A DNA stretch of 64,000 bases, taken from NCBI RefSeq assembly GCF_009914755.1, contig NC_060931.1; one strand, given 5' to 3'. The translations under genes and the position numbers were made by a program. Under the pieces are notes generated by a model. That model searched no databases and was not told the DNA's origin. It worked only from the letters and a program-made list of their open reading frames with translations. The DNA is from the human T2T-CHM13v2.0 reference genome, Homo sapiens. Shown here in pieces: positions 30,232 to 44,570 of this stretch. Positions within the stretch are counted from its first letter, which is position 1, and every line of letters starts with the position of its first letter.

Positions 30232-33184
30232 TTATAACAGTGAGAACATGTAAACACAATCTGCGAGGCCTTTCGGTGCTTGCTAGGGGGCACCACAGTA
30301 CAATAACATAAAGATCAGCAATAAGGTGGGAAAAATAAAGAAAAGCAGAGCTATCAGAAAAGTAATCTTGTTCTTCCGTGTTGGGTAGACGCCAACTACT
30401 TTGTGTCACCATCTCTTCAATCTGAGGGTCTTGGGTTATAGCGGCCTTCATCTATCTGATCATCTCCTCCCAGAGATTTTTAAGACTCAAGAGCTTCAGA
30501 TCTCCTGAAAAGGTCCATTTCATCAAGACTCAAAGGGGTTTTTATTTTCTGATATTAAATGATTGTTTAAAATTTCTCATGTGATTTCTCAGATTTTATT
30601 ATTCTATGTTTAGACAACTAAAAAGACTTTTTTCATAAGTTTTAAGGTAATTAAAATTTGGAAATGCCAAAAAAAAACCTAATTATTTCGTAGCTTCCTC
30701 CCCACCCCACACCCCCCCACCCTCTGTATAAAAAATGGCTTCTGGTATGTTTGTTTATTTTCACAGAAAAGTCTGAGAAGTGTGTTATGATTATTTTAAA
30801 AAAAAAAGTCTTAGAAAAGTTGAGGTTAGCTAAATAGAGTAGTAATAATTGAAGACTGTTTTCATATATGCCATCACACCCAAGGCTATCAAGAGGCAAA
30901 TCTCAGGGTTGCCTTGTGGCCATTCTAGGATACCTGAAGAACATTTAGTTGTAAACCACACATTGGCAATTTTATTATTCTCAAGTTGGAAAAGGCAAAA
31001 TAAGAGTTAACAAGCAGACAAAATATGAACATAAGTAAGAAGTACTAACTGCAGAAAATTTTTACAATATCATGAACACATAGCAACAGTAAGAATGATG
31101 GTGATAAGAAATTTAATTTTTTCAAAAAAACTTTATGTTAAAATGATTGAAGAGTGTGCTAGAGATTTCACACTTTTATTTTTGAAAAGAAACTCTTTGG
31201 GGATAGAATGAGATTGGTCATTTTACAGGAAGAGTATACTAATTTGAATTTGACTGTTTTGTTCTATCATCCAAATAATGATTTGCTCTGAAGGATTTTT
31301 CTTCCATGAATGTACCTTCCTAAATATTTGTTTAATGTAATATTTAAATATGTAATAAATTTGAAGTCTTAATTCAGGTTTAAAATACAATTACCTTTAT
31401 GAACATATTAAGTAAAACAATATATATTACTGAATTTACCATCTTAATCAAATTGTTTCTCTAATAAACAGATAAGCCACGTTTGTTATCTCATGAGATA
31501 CATATCTCATGTATTATTTTATAACTATGTTATTATCTTAACTGTTTTGTCAGTTACTACCTCAATGAAAATAACTCATTTCCTCTAAACACAGAGAACT
31601 GGAATACATACACCAAAAACTAGTTTTTTTCTCCATTAGTATACATTTTACATCTTATAAATCTTAAGATAGTAAAAATAAATTAATATTATCCAAAGGC
31701 AATTGCACTTGGTTTCTCTTTACTCATCCTTTAAAATAAAGGGGACAAGTATAAAACCAGGTTTCCTGACCAGTTTTGTATATTTTTCTTACTTAGAAAT
31801 TGTCAAAGTATCTAAACATTGTTTATTAACTCTATTTAATATTAGTCTAAACTTGTAAAGTTAACTGTGGATCTGGAAACTAAAGCTCATATTAAGTCTT
31901 TATGGTTTGCAGCATTAATAAGAATTTCACATGATTAAATCTATTTGACCCATAAACCAGTGCAAGAATTTTAGAGATTTTAAATCCTAAAAACATTAAA
32001 TCCAATTCTCATACAAACTAGCACTTTGTACTAACATTTTTACATGATGATAAAGTCAATAAGACAATATAGAGCTGTTTTTTAAACTAAAATCATTTCA
32101 ATTTGTCCAAAGGGATATGATCATAAATGTTACATGAACTCTTTTAATAGAATTCATTCTAATTTTGATACATGATGAAACTATGTATTCATAAACCAAA
32201 ATTTTAAATCATGTCAAAAGGTTTTAAGTTTCCTGCTTTTTGTATCTTCCAACCTAGTAACCAAGACCATTATTCAAACTAACAGTTAACTTTTTTCTCC
32301 TATATTAGTTTTAGGAAGAAAAATTTAAAGAACCAGTGCCAGTAAAACTTGACAATTTTTAAAAACTCGTTTGAATTTTATCTGGACTGTATGAGTATGT
32401 AAATAACATCATAATACTTTTTTATTAATTCACATGTTTTTCTAAGAGCAGGAGACAGAGAAGTAGAAGGCAGAAAATGAGAGCCAGCTATGGGAAGGTC
32501 AGACAGGGCAAAAGCTAACCTACCACCTGAAAATGTTACAGTTCTGAAAAATTGAATCTTTTAAATACAATTGTGGGATTTATAGTATTACCCATGTCAA
32601 TTTGAAGAGTTTGTTTCTGTCCTACTATTAAAGATACTTATCTTCTTGGGCTAAGTGGATCGTTGGAATTTGGATGCTACAGTACCCGTTTGGTGACCCC
32701 TTTTATAATCACTCAGAGGCTTCTGGTTCTTTCTCTTCTTGACTAGAATGGAACCATTTTCCAGTGACTTTTTAAATTCACAATATGAAGTTTTTGTATC
32801 CTAGACCCACAAAAAGATGAGCTGCTTGACAGAGGTCAAGAAGGTTGTGGAGTGGGTGGGCTGGGACAGGATTCGGGAATCCTTAGCAGTGGCACAAAGT
32901 TCTGAATACAGCCTGCGTTAGACATGGACATATTGGGAAGTATTTGGGTCTTCTTCGTATGGAGACTGCCATTTTAAGGGACTTTGAGTTAGACTGTATA
33001 TTTCAGAGGCTGGAGGAGGAGGAGGGAAGACGAGAGATACAAACAGAAAAGTGTGGAACAGTATTTGGGTGGATCAGCAAGTGAGGCAGATTTTAAGTAT
33101 TTCTTATTTTATTGGCCTAAATGCAGTCTTCTAGGGAAGGGTAAAAGTCTGGATTATATTTAGAAGCCTCTTCATACCAATTTT

Positions 33185-36140
33185 TTAAGCTGTATTTTAA
33201 AATAAATTTTATACTCATGAAGAATTGCAAAAGCCAATACCACCAATTCCTGTGTGTCTTCACCCAGGATTCCCCAGATGCCCCAATGACAAGATCTTAG
33301 GTAACCTTGATACATTATCAGTACTAAGTAATGGGCATTGATTAATGCTGTTAACTACACTGCAGACTTTATTCGAATTTTGTTACATGTCTTTTTCCAG
33401 TGTATATTTATATGAAATTTAGTTATGTTATAGATGCATGGTAACTACTGCCATAATCAGTATACAGAATATCCTATCACCACAAAGTCTCTTATGCTAC
33501 AGTTTTATAATCATACCTTCACAGATGTGACCCCCAGCAACCACTGATGTGTTCTCCGTCACTATCATTTGGCCATTTCAATAGTGTTAGGTAAATGGCA
33601 TCATGCAGTACATAGCCTTTTAAAATTGGCTTTTTTTTTTTTGTACTCAGCAAGTATCCTTGAGAGTCCTTCAGCTTGTCACATGCATCAGTAGTTTCTT
33701 CTTTTTTATTGCTGAGTAGTATTCCATTGTGTGGACGAACCACTGCTTATCCATTCACTTATTGTAGGACATTGTGGTTATTTCTAGCTTTCAGCTATTA
33801 TAAATAAAGTTGCTATAACCATTTGTGTAGATTTTTGTATGGAAATGTGTTTTTATTTCTGTAGGATAAATACCCAGCAGACTTATGGCAAGTCTGTGTT
33901 TAACTTTATAAGAAACTGCCAAAATCTTTTTCAGAGTAGCGTTTTATATTCCCACCATCAGGATATGAGAGTTCTAGTTGTTCTACATCCTCACTAACAG
34001 CATTGTGGAGTTTTGGGCATTATTTATACATATTATTCTAATAGGTGTATAGTGGTATATCACCATGACTTTAATTTGCATTTTTTAGTAGCTACAATGT
34101 TAAACATCTGTGTTTAACATTGAATACCACATGCCATTTGAATATCCTCTTTAGTAAAGTGTCTGGTTTTGTACATTTTCTAATTGGATTTTTTGTTTTC
34201 TTACTGTTGTATTTAGAGTTATTTATATATTCTGGATATAAGGTCCTTGTCCGAACTGCGAATTGGAAATATTTTCTCCCAGTCTATACCTTGTATTTTC
34301 ATCCTCTTAACGTGGCCCTTCTCAGAGCAAAAGGATTTGGTTTTGATAAAGTCTACTTTATTGATGTTTTTCTTTTATGGTCATGATTTTAGCATCATGT
34401 CTAAGAACTCCACCTAATCCTAGCCTATTAAAAGATTTATGGTTTCACTCTTCACATTTGGATCTGTGATCCATCTTGAGTTAATGTTCGTATTAGGTGT
34501 GAGGTTTAGGTTTAGGTTTGTTTTTATGACCAAGAATGTGCAGTTACTCTAACACCATTTGTTGAAAAAATCTTTTCTCCTTTGAATTGGATTTGCCCTT
34601 TTGTTAAAATCAGTTGGCCACAGTTGCATGGGTCTATTTCTGGACACACTATTCTGTTCCTTTGATCTGCATATCTGTCCCTCCACCAGGACTTCATTGC
34701 CTTAACTGCTATCACTGTATAGTATTAGAAGACTGAATATTGTGATTCCACCAGCTTTACTTTCTTTTGTGTTTTTTATGCTTTCATGTAAATTTGAAAA
34801 TTTTCTCATATCTACAAAAACTCCTTCTGAGGTTTTGATGAAAGTGGTATTAAGCCTCTGGATCAACTTGAGGGGAATTGACATCTTCAATATGTTGAAT
34901 CATCTTTCAATCCATAAGCACAGTTTGTTTCTGTATTGACTTAGGTCTTTTTAAGATTTTCTTCATGAGAGTTGTGTAATTTTCTCCGTACAAATCCTAT
35001 GCATAGTTTGTTCAATTTAGATTGAAGTTATTTTTTTGGAGCAGCTGTATAAAGGGTTTTGTGTTTCTAATTTCAGTTTCAATACATTTGTTGCTAGTGT
35101 ATAGAAATAAGTTCCATTTGTGTGTATGTGTGTGTGTGAACTTTGTATCCTGCAACCCTGCTAACTCACTTATTAGTTGTTCCCTTCCCTGTTTCCCAGA
35201 AGAGATGGTATAAAGTTACTGTTACTTATTCTTTTAATGTTTGTTACAGTTCAGCAGTGATACCATCTGGGCCTGGAGATTTCTTTATCAAAAGGTTTTA
35301 AACTGTTAATTCAATTTTTTTAGTAGTTATGAGACTATTCAAGTTATCTGTTATCTTGGGTGTTTTTATAGTTTGGAATTGGTCCATATCATCTAAATTG
35401 TCAAATTTATGTGCATAGAGTTGTTTGTTGTATTCCTTTATTATCCTGTAATGTCTGCTGGGTCTGTAATAGTATTCCTTCTTTCATTACCAATATTGAT
35501 CATTTATGTCTTTCTTGCACTTTCCCCCTTCTTAACTTCCTGTCTCCCCTCCTCTCCTCTCCTCTCTCCTTCCCTCTTCTCTTCTTCTCCCCACCTTTTG
35601 TCAGCCTTGCTTGAGGTTGATCAATGTTATTGATCTTTTCAAAGAATAAACTTTTGCTTTCATTTTTCTCTATTGTTTTTCTGTTTTCAATTTCATTGAC
35701 TTTTTACTCTTACGTTTATTCCTTCCTCCTACTTGCTTTGGGTTTATTTTGCTCTTCCGCTTGTAGTTTCTTGAGGTGGAAGCTTTGTTTTGGATCTGAG
35801 ACCATCTTCCAATATAAGCATTTAGTGTTAAATTTATAAATTTCTCTAAAAGTGAAACTGCTTTAACTGCATCCCAAAGATTTTTATATGTTGTATTTTC
35901 ATTCCCTTCAGTGTATTTTTACATTTCCTTTGAGACTTTCTCTTTGACCATTGGAGTATTTAAAAGTGGGTTGTTTAATTTCTAATTGTTTTGTGATTTT
36001 CCTGGTATCTTTCTGTTATTATTGATTTCTAGTTAGATTCATTATGAACAGATAATATATTTTTTATGATTTCAGTCCTTTTAAATTTGTGAAGGTTTGT
36101 TTTACATGACCCAGGATAGGATGTGGTCCATCTTGGTATC
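33185..36140 (-). mobile_element. Old L1M (MC/MD-like)
   Basis: AGAAACTGCCAAA..CCCACCATCAGGATATGAGAGTTC; degenerate ORF2 traces (DQRNRIVCPEIDP). Confidence 0.8.
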
Positions 36141-36538
36141 TATTTATTAGTTGCCAAGGCCATTTTTTCCTTGCTGAGGGGCTTGGCTTAGAGATAACTT
36201 ACATCTCTTTTGCCCACATTCCAATAGTTAGAGCTAAATCATATGGCCACACCTAACTGCACAGAAGGCTGGGAAATAGATTTTAGCTGTGTGACTTAGA
36301 AGGAAATGGGAATCAAGTCTGGAAATTACATAACACTCTCTTGTTTTTGACTTTTTTAAAATTTTCTCCCTTTATTCCCATTCCCAATCCTATAGTTATT
36401 TAACTACATACTCTAGTGTATTTAATATATGTCCTTCTGATCTACCTTCTGTACATTGAATTAGATTTTTATGAATCTTTCAAAAATACCTAAGATTTCT
36501 TTTAGTTTTTTTTTACATGTTTATAAATGGTTATTGTC

Positions 36539-36962
36539 TGATATAGTTTGGATGTTGTATCCTCTAAACCTCATGTTGAATTGTAATTCCCTTTGTTGGA
36601 GGTAGAGCCTAATGGGAGGTGACTGGATCATGGGAGCAGAGTTCTCTTGGATGGTTTAGCATTATCCCCTTGGCGCTGTCTTTGCGGTACTTCTAGCAAG
36701 ATCTGGCTGTTTAAAGGTGTGAGGCATCTTTCCCCTCGCCCTCTGTTGCTCCTGTTTTCACCATGTGACATGCCTGCTCCTGCTTTGCCTGCTGCCATGA
36801 GTAAAAGTTCCCTGACGCCTCTCCAGAAGCTAAGCAGATGCCAGCACCATGCTTCCTGTACAACCTGCAGAACTGTGAGCCAATTAAACCTCTTCTCAGG
36901 TTTTTTTTTTTTTTCTCAGTCTCAGGTATTTTTTTATAGCAGTGCAAAATCGGCCTAATATA
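36539..36962 (+). mobile_element. MSTA/B-like solo LTR
   Basis: TGATATAGTTTGGATG..GAACTGTGAGCCAATTAAACCTCTT..CTAATATA; perfect 5-bp TSD TTGTC. Confidence 0.9.
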
Positions 36963-37157
36963 TTGTCTGTATAGCATTCTGATGATTAGTTCTTCACTGT
37001 GTATTAAGATTGACTTATGTTGCTGCATGTATGGCTAATTCATCCCTCTGACTGCTTCAGAAATATTCCACTTTATTCATATTTATTCAACATTTTACTT
37101 ATCTATTCCCCCGTGTACTAAAAGTCAAAAGCATTACTAATTTAATAATGTCATATT

Positions 37158-37712
37158 TGTTCTTCTAATTATTTTTTGCTGCATAACAAAGCACTCCTAA
37201 CTTAGTGGCTTACAATGATAACAGTCATTTATTTTATTCAAAAATCTGCAATTTGGGCTACAATTGGCAGAACAGCTCATCTTTGCTCCTTACAGTATTG
37301 GCTGGAGTTGGCGATGACTCAGCAGATCAAGGCTGGAAGACTCATTCTCGTCAGGTGGTTGACGTTGGCTGTCAGTTGGAACCTCACCTGGGGCTGTTTG
37401 CCAGAACACCTACACATGGCATGTCCATGGAGCTATTTGACTTCCTCACTGCAATGGCTGGGTTCCAAGAGCAGTTATCCCAAGAGAACAAGGCAGAAGT
37501 GCATGACTTTTAGAATCTTGTCTCACAAGTCACACAGAGTCACTTCCACCATCCCCTGTTGGTCAAGGAGGACATGAAGGTCTTCCTAGGAGCACGGGGA
37601 GAAGACAGACTTCTACCACCTGTTGGAAGGAGTGTCAGTGTTACATAGCAAGAGAAGCACATGGAATGGGATGTATTGTGATGCCCATCTTTGGAACAGA
37701 CAATTTGGCATA
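37158..37712 (-). mobile_element. MLT1 (F-like) LTR
   Basis: TGCTGCATAACAAA..CTTAGTGGCTTA..AAGTCACACAGAGTCACTTCCACC..CCATCTTTGGAA. Confidence 0.75.
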
Positions 37713-37837
37713 TCTGTGAAAATTAAAAGTCTGATTTGGATATAACAAATGAGACTGATTAGCAAAGATGTCTAATTATAAAAGTTAAAGTTAAATTCCA
37801 AATATACTTTTTTTTTTTGCCAAAGACCAAAGACTAG

Positions 37838-38180
<343 letters not shown>

Positions 38181-38969
38181 CCCTAGGCTTTATTTCTAAG
38201 GTTATCAATACCTTCTTCCCCTTGATCCTTATTTTTTATGTGATCAACATAATACATGAGATCAACCAGTTCAAGCAACACGATTACAAAACCTATGCAC
38301 ACCTTGAGTGTAATAAAGAGAAACAGAGCTTTTTTCTCTTTAGAAAATATATCACATGAGAAAACAATAGTAACTAGTTCTCAACCTCTTTATCCTTTTC
38401 TTTTGCGCCGCTGGCCAGAAGATCTCTGATGTATTGGGCATTCTGACTAGATACCTTCAGTATACACATGACTATTCTGAAAGCTTATTATCTACATCAC
38501 TAGAAAATAGATCCATAACTTTTGCAGTCCTTGTGCCTTTTTCTCTGAACTTGTCTCTCCTGAGACTCTATTAAATACAATGGTGCTTGAGGAAAACACT
38601 GCCAGAATAGCTCTGCCTCTCATAAGGTGATGTAAGAAAAATGGGAAAAGTGTTCTAGCAAAGTGGTCATGAAAAGATTGTAGTGAGTTCAACCCTGTCA
38701 AGTCCTGATTTATGTATATCATTTTACCCATTTCTCTTAAAGTCCAGAAAGTTCATACCCAAATGGATGAAAATGCTGATCACTCTTCCTTTTAACTACA
38801 TAAAGCTTTCACCAAGGCAGAAAATCACAGCTAAAAAATTAACATAAGATGGACCAACCCGATTTGTTTCTTTTCTTGAATTGCTAAGCCAAGACGAGAT
38901 GAGTGTTGGGCCTTTGTTTTTATTTTTTAATGGGTAATTTCAAATATATATGAAAGTAGAGAGGATGGT

Positions 38970-39301
38970 TCAGTCATTCCTCAGTATCTGTGAGGGATTG
39001 GTCTGAGGACCCCCTGTGAATACCAAAGCCTGCCGACACTTAAGTCCCTGCTATAAAATGGCACAGTATTTGCATATAACCCATGCACATCCTCCCACAT
39101 ACTTTAAATCATCTCTAGATTACTTGTAGTACCTAATACAATGTAAATGCTATGTAAATAGTTGTCATACTGTGTTGTTTAAGGAATAATGACAAGAAAA
39201 AAAAATCTGTACATGCTCAGTACAGACACAACCATCATAGACCTAACTACACTTTTGATCTGATTTGAATCCGCAGATGCAGAACCCTACAGAGGGCTAT
39301 G
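38970..39301. mobile_element. MER2 (TcMar-Tigger)
   Basis: CAGTCATTCCTCAGTATC..TTTAAATCATCTCTAGATTACTT..AATACAATGTAAATGCTATGTAAATAGTTG. Confidence 0.85.
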
Positions 39302-39764
39302 TAGTGAAATGCCCCACCCATCCCCTAACTTCAGCAATGACCAACCCATGGCCAATCTTGTCATCTGCACTCATCCCCAAATTTAATATATTTGGGGATG
39401 TCATCTGCATCCCCAAATATATTAAAATGTATTTAAAGCAAAACCTTGATATCATTTCATCCATAACTGCTTCAATGTGTATTTCAAGAAAGGGACTCTT
39501 TAAAAACATAACTACAATACCATTATCGCACATTTTAAAATTAGCAGTTGTGGAGGCAAAAGGTGTGTCTATAACTGGGGAGAATGAAGCAAAGAATATA
39601 AGTGGACATAGAACACGAAAAACAAAACAAAAGACTGAGTCTCTGAAGTCCTGAAAGGGGTTCCAGTCCACAGGTCTCCCTTTGATGTTGAGAGTCACCT
39701 CATCTCTTTGTATCATTCTAATCCCTTCTTTTTGTATTACACTGAGTTGGACTTCAGTAATTTT

Positions 39765-39926
<162 letters not shown>

Positions 39927-40039
39927 TAATTTTAATTTGGAAGCATCATGGCTAATACTACTGCTATCTGGACAGCTTAGTGTTACTCTTCCCTCCATAT
40001 TTTTTGATTTGTTTATCATACCATTCAATTTAGTTAATG

Positions 40040-40270
40040 CCAGTAGCTACCGTTTATCGAACACCGATCATGTACCCGGCACTCTACCACGTGTAGAGAT
40101 TAAACTACACCAATTTCACAACAACCCAATGAAAAAAGTATTTCCCTATCTTGTAGATAAAGAAATGAAGGTCTAACTGGATTAGGTAATATTCCCAGGT
40201 TAAACACTTAACAAGTGTGGAACCAAAATCTCACGCAGATCTTTCTGGCCCTCAGCCTGTTCCCACTATG
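40040..40270 (-). mobile_element. MIR
   Basis: CACAACAACCCAATGA..GTAGATAAAGAAATGAAGG..TTCCCAGGT. Confidence 0.65.
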
Positions 40271-40329
40271 CCATGCTGCATCTGACAAACGTGATTTTTA
40301 TTTTCTAAAAAAGCCAGTACAATTCTGTG

Positions 40330-41160
40330 GTGCCTGCTGTTCATCATATTGTTTCCTCATCTTCCTAGGCGCGCAACTACTCCTTCATGGCACTTAGCCT
40401 TGGTCCCGTGATTGGGTTCTAGCCTATGGAATATGAGTAGGAGACATGTCATGTTTCTTGGCTGGGCCCAATAAAACTTCCCATTTGCTGTCCTTTTTGC
40501 TCTCTCTGCTTTTGCCGTCTGGCTGATGATGCCCAAGGTGACCTTGGGAACCACACATTGGCGATGACAGACGGACATCCTGAGTCTCTGAGTGACTGTA
40601 TGGGACAGAGCCGCCTGCCACCAATCTGAAACCTCTTTGGACTGTTCACATGAGCAAGAGATAAACTTCTATTGTATTTAAGCCGTTGTATATTTAGCAT
40701 TCTATTTATTATTACAGCAGTTAGCCTTCCTTAACTTTTATGTACTGTTTCAATTATCTTTTACTGGGTAACAAACTACCCCCAACATTTAGCGACTTAA
40801 AACCACAGTCTTAAATTAACTCATGATTCTGTGAGTCAGAAATTTGGGCTCTTGCCCCTACTTGTTCATGCGGCTACAGTGAGCAGGTGGGAAGCTGGGG
40901 GCTAGTTGGTCCAGCATTGCCTCACTCACATGTCTGGAAATAGGTGCTGGCTGGACTGTGTGTCTCCAGCAGGCCTGCCTGAGATTTTTCACATGTTGGT
41001 GGAAGTGTTCCCAGCAGCAAGAGAGGGCAAGCCCCAATCTGCAAGTATGTCTCAAGCTCCTGCTTGCATCGTGTTTGCCGATGTGCCATTATTTAGTGAG
41101 TCACCTGCGTAGAGGGGAGTATGATTTATTGGGGACTATTTACTGCAAAAATCTGCCATA
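40330..41160. mobile_element. Two adjacent MLT1-family LTR relics (first +, second -)
   Basis: ATGAGCAAGAGATAAACTTCTATTGTATTTAAGCC (+); ACTACCCCCAACATTTAGCGACTTAAAAC..CATGATTCTGTGAGTCAG (-). Confidence 0.65.
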
Positions 41161-41504
41161 TGTACAAGAGTTAGGCAAATCATTTACGTATATACAACAT
41201 ATTAGTCACATATTTAATACCAGAGTCCCACTCTGAGACTGTTTTCATAATCCCTGAATCAAGTTCTATTTAATAATGTAATCGTTTATTTTTTACTTTT
41301 CAGGTCTATATATGAGAATAAAATAATTACCAATACATCATACATTTAGGTTAGTAGAATTGGGAATTAAAGAAATGAACCCAGTTTCATCTTTGCCATT
41401 AACATTGAGCTCCCTTTGTTTTAAGTCAGATGCAGTTGCAGTAACCCTCCCTAGACTCCATAACCCTCTTGAGCTACTGTCATATCCTGTCCCTTCCATA
41501 TCAT

Positions 41505-41821
41505 ATTTCTTTCTTTCCTTTTTTTTTTTTTTTTTTTTTGAGATGGAGTCTTGCTCTGTCACCCAGGCTGGAGTGCAATAGCGTGATCTTGGTCACTGCA
41601 ACCTCTGCCTCCCAGGTTCAAGCGATTCTCCTGCCTCAGCCTCCTGAGTAGCTGGGATTACAGGCATCCACAACCACACCTGGCCAATTTTTATATTTTT
41701 AGTAGAGACGGGGTTTCACTGTGTTGGTCTTGCTGGTGTCAAGCTCCTGACCTCAGGTGATCCACGGGCCTCAGCCCCGCAAAGTGCCAGGATTACAGAC
41801 ATAAGCCACTGTGCCCCAGCC
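41505..41821 (-). mobile_element. AluS (Sx-like)
   Basis: Full dimer; CTCCTGACCTCAGGTGATCC. Confidence 0.92.
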
Positions 41822-41859
41822 CACATTGTATTTCTTGAAGGATATCCTCATCTTCCAGT

Positions 41860-44570
41860 TATTTCTCAATCCTTTTCAGTCTGGCTTCCTTGCATTAATT
41901 TATGAAAACAGCTCTTATGAGGGTGACCCATGACCTTCCTGTCACTAAATCCATGAGCATGAAACTTTCTTACTGGTGGTTGACTTCTTCTCAACACCAC
42001 GCCACCATCCGTCTGCTTTTCCTTCAACCTTTCTGGCCTTGTCTTAGTTTCCTTTGAAGACTCATCCTCCTTTACCTTGTCTTTAAGTGACAGAATTCCT
42101 CAAGACTTCGTGCTTGGTCTTTTCTCACTCTACTCTTGCCCTAGGTTGGCCTCATCTTTGACCATGTCTTCAATACTATCTATATCCTGTTGAGTCCCAA
42201 ACTTGTTTCTCTACCTCAGGCCTCTGTTATGCCCCAGCCCTGTGTATCTCCAGTTGTTTATCTCACATGCACCTCAAACTCAATTTATGTCCACACCGGC
42301 CCTGTGCTTCCTCCTCATTCACCCTTCCCTCCAAACAAAATCCAGTTCTTTTCTAGTAGTTTCAAAATGACCCCACAATCCAAAAGCCCGTGAATCATTC
42401 TTGACTCCCTGTACCATCAGTGCCCCCTGTGCCATCCTTCACCCATTCCGGTGGTGCCCCTTTCTATTCTGGGAAAATCTCCCACTGTGAGTCATCTGGG
42501 TGGGTGACTGCCCCAGCTCCCACTATGAAAGACAAAGGGGCTAACATCCTCCCTCTCTCTGTCTCCTGTCAGCTAAGGCATTGCCTGTGACCTGACCTTG
42601 GTTGATTGGCTGTGTCTGCCAAGAACTTTGAATATTAAGAGTAAAACCAAGACGGTACTATTAGAAGTCATTCATGAATGTATCAGTGGAGTACTGGTGG
42701 TGTTGATCCTGCTTCCTGTATTTCTTAGCCTTCCAGAACTATCTTGGTTCCTGCCCCCCCCACCACATTTTCCATGCTGGTGTGCTAGCCCCCAGTGGAT
42801 TTATCCTATAAATGCCCCCATTTGCTTAAGATACCCAGAGAAGGATGTTGTTATTTGCCACCAGAGAAGCTGTGACCAATATAGGCACTGATGTTCCAGG
42901 TAGATTCAGATGCCATCACAAAATTTTCTCCACTAATCGGCGACCTAGCCACAGAATGCACAAAACAGCTCTCAAGATCTCTGCATGCAATATCAGTGCC
43001 TATGGGTCCCTGTGGCTATTTCTTAGTGCTGCCCATGAGCCACCATCATCTCTGCCTCAACTTCTGCGAGAGCCTCCCAGCTGGTTGTCTCATAAGGTCC
43101 TCAACTTCATACTGCAGCCAAAGCCATCTTTTCGGAATGTAAACCTGTTGGTGCCACTCCTCTCTGATGAAATCTTTCAGGGGCTTCAGATTTCTGTGAA
43201 AGACCAAAATTCTTAAACTTTTTTGACCTTTACTCGCAATAAAGACAGTTTATATTGAAACTCAGTACACTTGATGTATATTTTATAAAAGTGTCACAAG
43301 ACAATACTTACCCTTTATTTGATTAACAAATACTTGCATGGCAGTTACTGATTGCCAGACACTGTTCTTGCTGTGCTGTGAATAGTAACTCATCTAGTCC
43401 CTGTAAGAACCCATGCGATGCACATGTTCTTATGACCACTTTAAAGCTGAAGCCACTTGGGCACAGAGAGGTTCAGTTGCTTGTCTGAGGTTGTACAGTT
43501 AATGAGTGGCAGTCTGGGTCCAGACCCGTGCTTTTCACTGCTTCTTGGTGCTACTCTGTGGTGGACTCTGATATTCTATTCTGTTTCATTTTTTAAAAAC
43601 AGAGGTTGGGCGTACACCCCATTGCTTTCACAACCTCCTAGCAGGTCACAGTATACAGTTTAAGAAACACTGGCCTGTCTTGGGGTGGGCCCTTACCTTG
43701 TATTTCCCAGCTCCACCTGTGCTGTGCTCCTCCTTGAGTTCTATGATCCAGTTTTCATGGCCAGGCTCCTCGGAGCCATGGGGCCTTGGCCCATGCTGTT
43801 CATTTACTGAACCTCACTGTCCTCCCTGCAGATTGTGTCCTTGATTTCAAGGGAGAACGGTACGCCTATGATAGGCCCTGAAAGCCCTTGCACCTTTCCT
43901 TGGGCACTCATCATGGTTGCAGTTTGGCAGTTACCCACTTGGTGGTTTGAATAAATATATCCATCTTCCCCACTAGACCGTATGTGCTGCGAGTGTAGGC
44001 TCTCTGCGTGTTTTTAGTTCACTGTTGAGAGAGGTGATCTGCCCTGAGTCCTGAGCATCCAGCACATTCTTGCTGGGTAAGCACACAAGGCGAGGCCCTG
44101 ACCACTCTACTCAGACTGCTTCTCAGCAGACATTATGTTCGCAGCAGACAACCTTGAGGATAAAGTAGTAGCTCCCTCCAGTTCGGAGAGCAGACTTGCT
44201 ACTGCTTGCTATAAAATGGCAGGCTCCTCAAGCTCAGTGTTCTTCAGCTGCCATGCAAAGCCACTGTATGTGTAGCATCCACCTGTGCCCCAGCACACTG
44301 TCTTCGTGGGCTACGGGGCACAGGGGCTGATGCAGACATGCTCGTGCTCATGTTGTCTACTGTTCTGTCGATCATAAAGTCCTGTGCTTCTGACCCAGGA
44401 GGCTTGCGTCCTGTGCCAGCATCCACAAAACAGTAACAGTCTAACTTACTAACTTGCAAGTAGGGTAAAAAGTCCAGACATGACACTAACCATTTCCTAT
44501 CAGCCAGCACAGTACCTGGCCTAAAGCAGATGTTCAGTATTTATTTGTGAAACAAATGGATGGTTGGATA
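41860..44570 (+). mobile_element. Fragmented L2 with nested insertions (LTR relics, Charlie-like element, MIR)
   Basis: L2 motifs at ~41900-42420, ~43000-43200 and ~43700-44022, resuming at ~44500 (CCAGCACAGTACCTGGC..AATGGATGG). Confidence 0.6.
44023..44485 (+). mobile_element. Solo LTR, LTR47-like
   Basis: TGTTGAGAG..CTCAAGCTCAGTGTTC..TAAAGTCCT..CTGACCCAGGA..CTTGCAAGTAGGGTAAAA..TGACA; splits the L2. Confidence 0.7.

Noticed and set aside
30697-30723. C-rich run (G-quadruplex on minus), also at 6714-6732
   Set aside because: Short and isolated, with no functional context.
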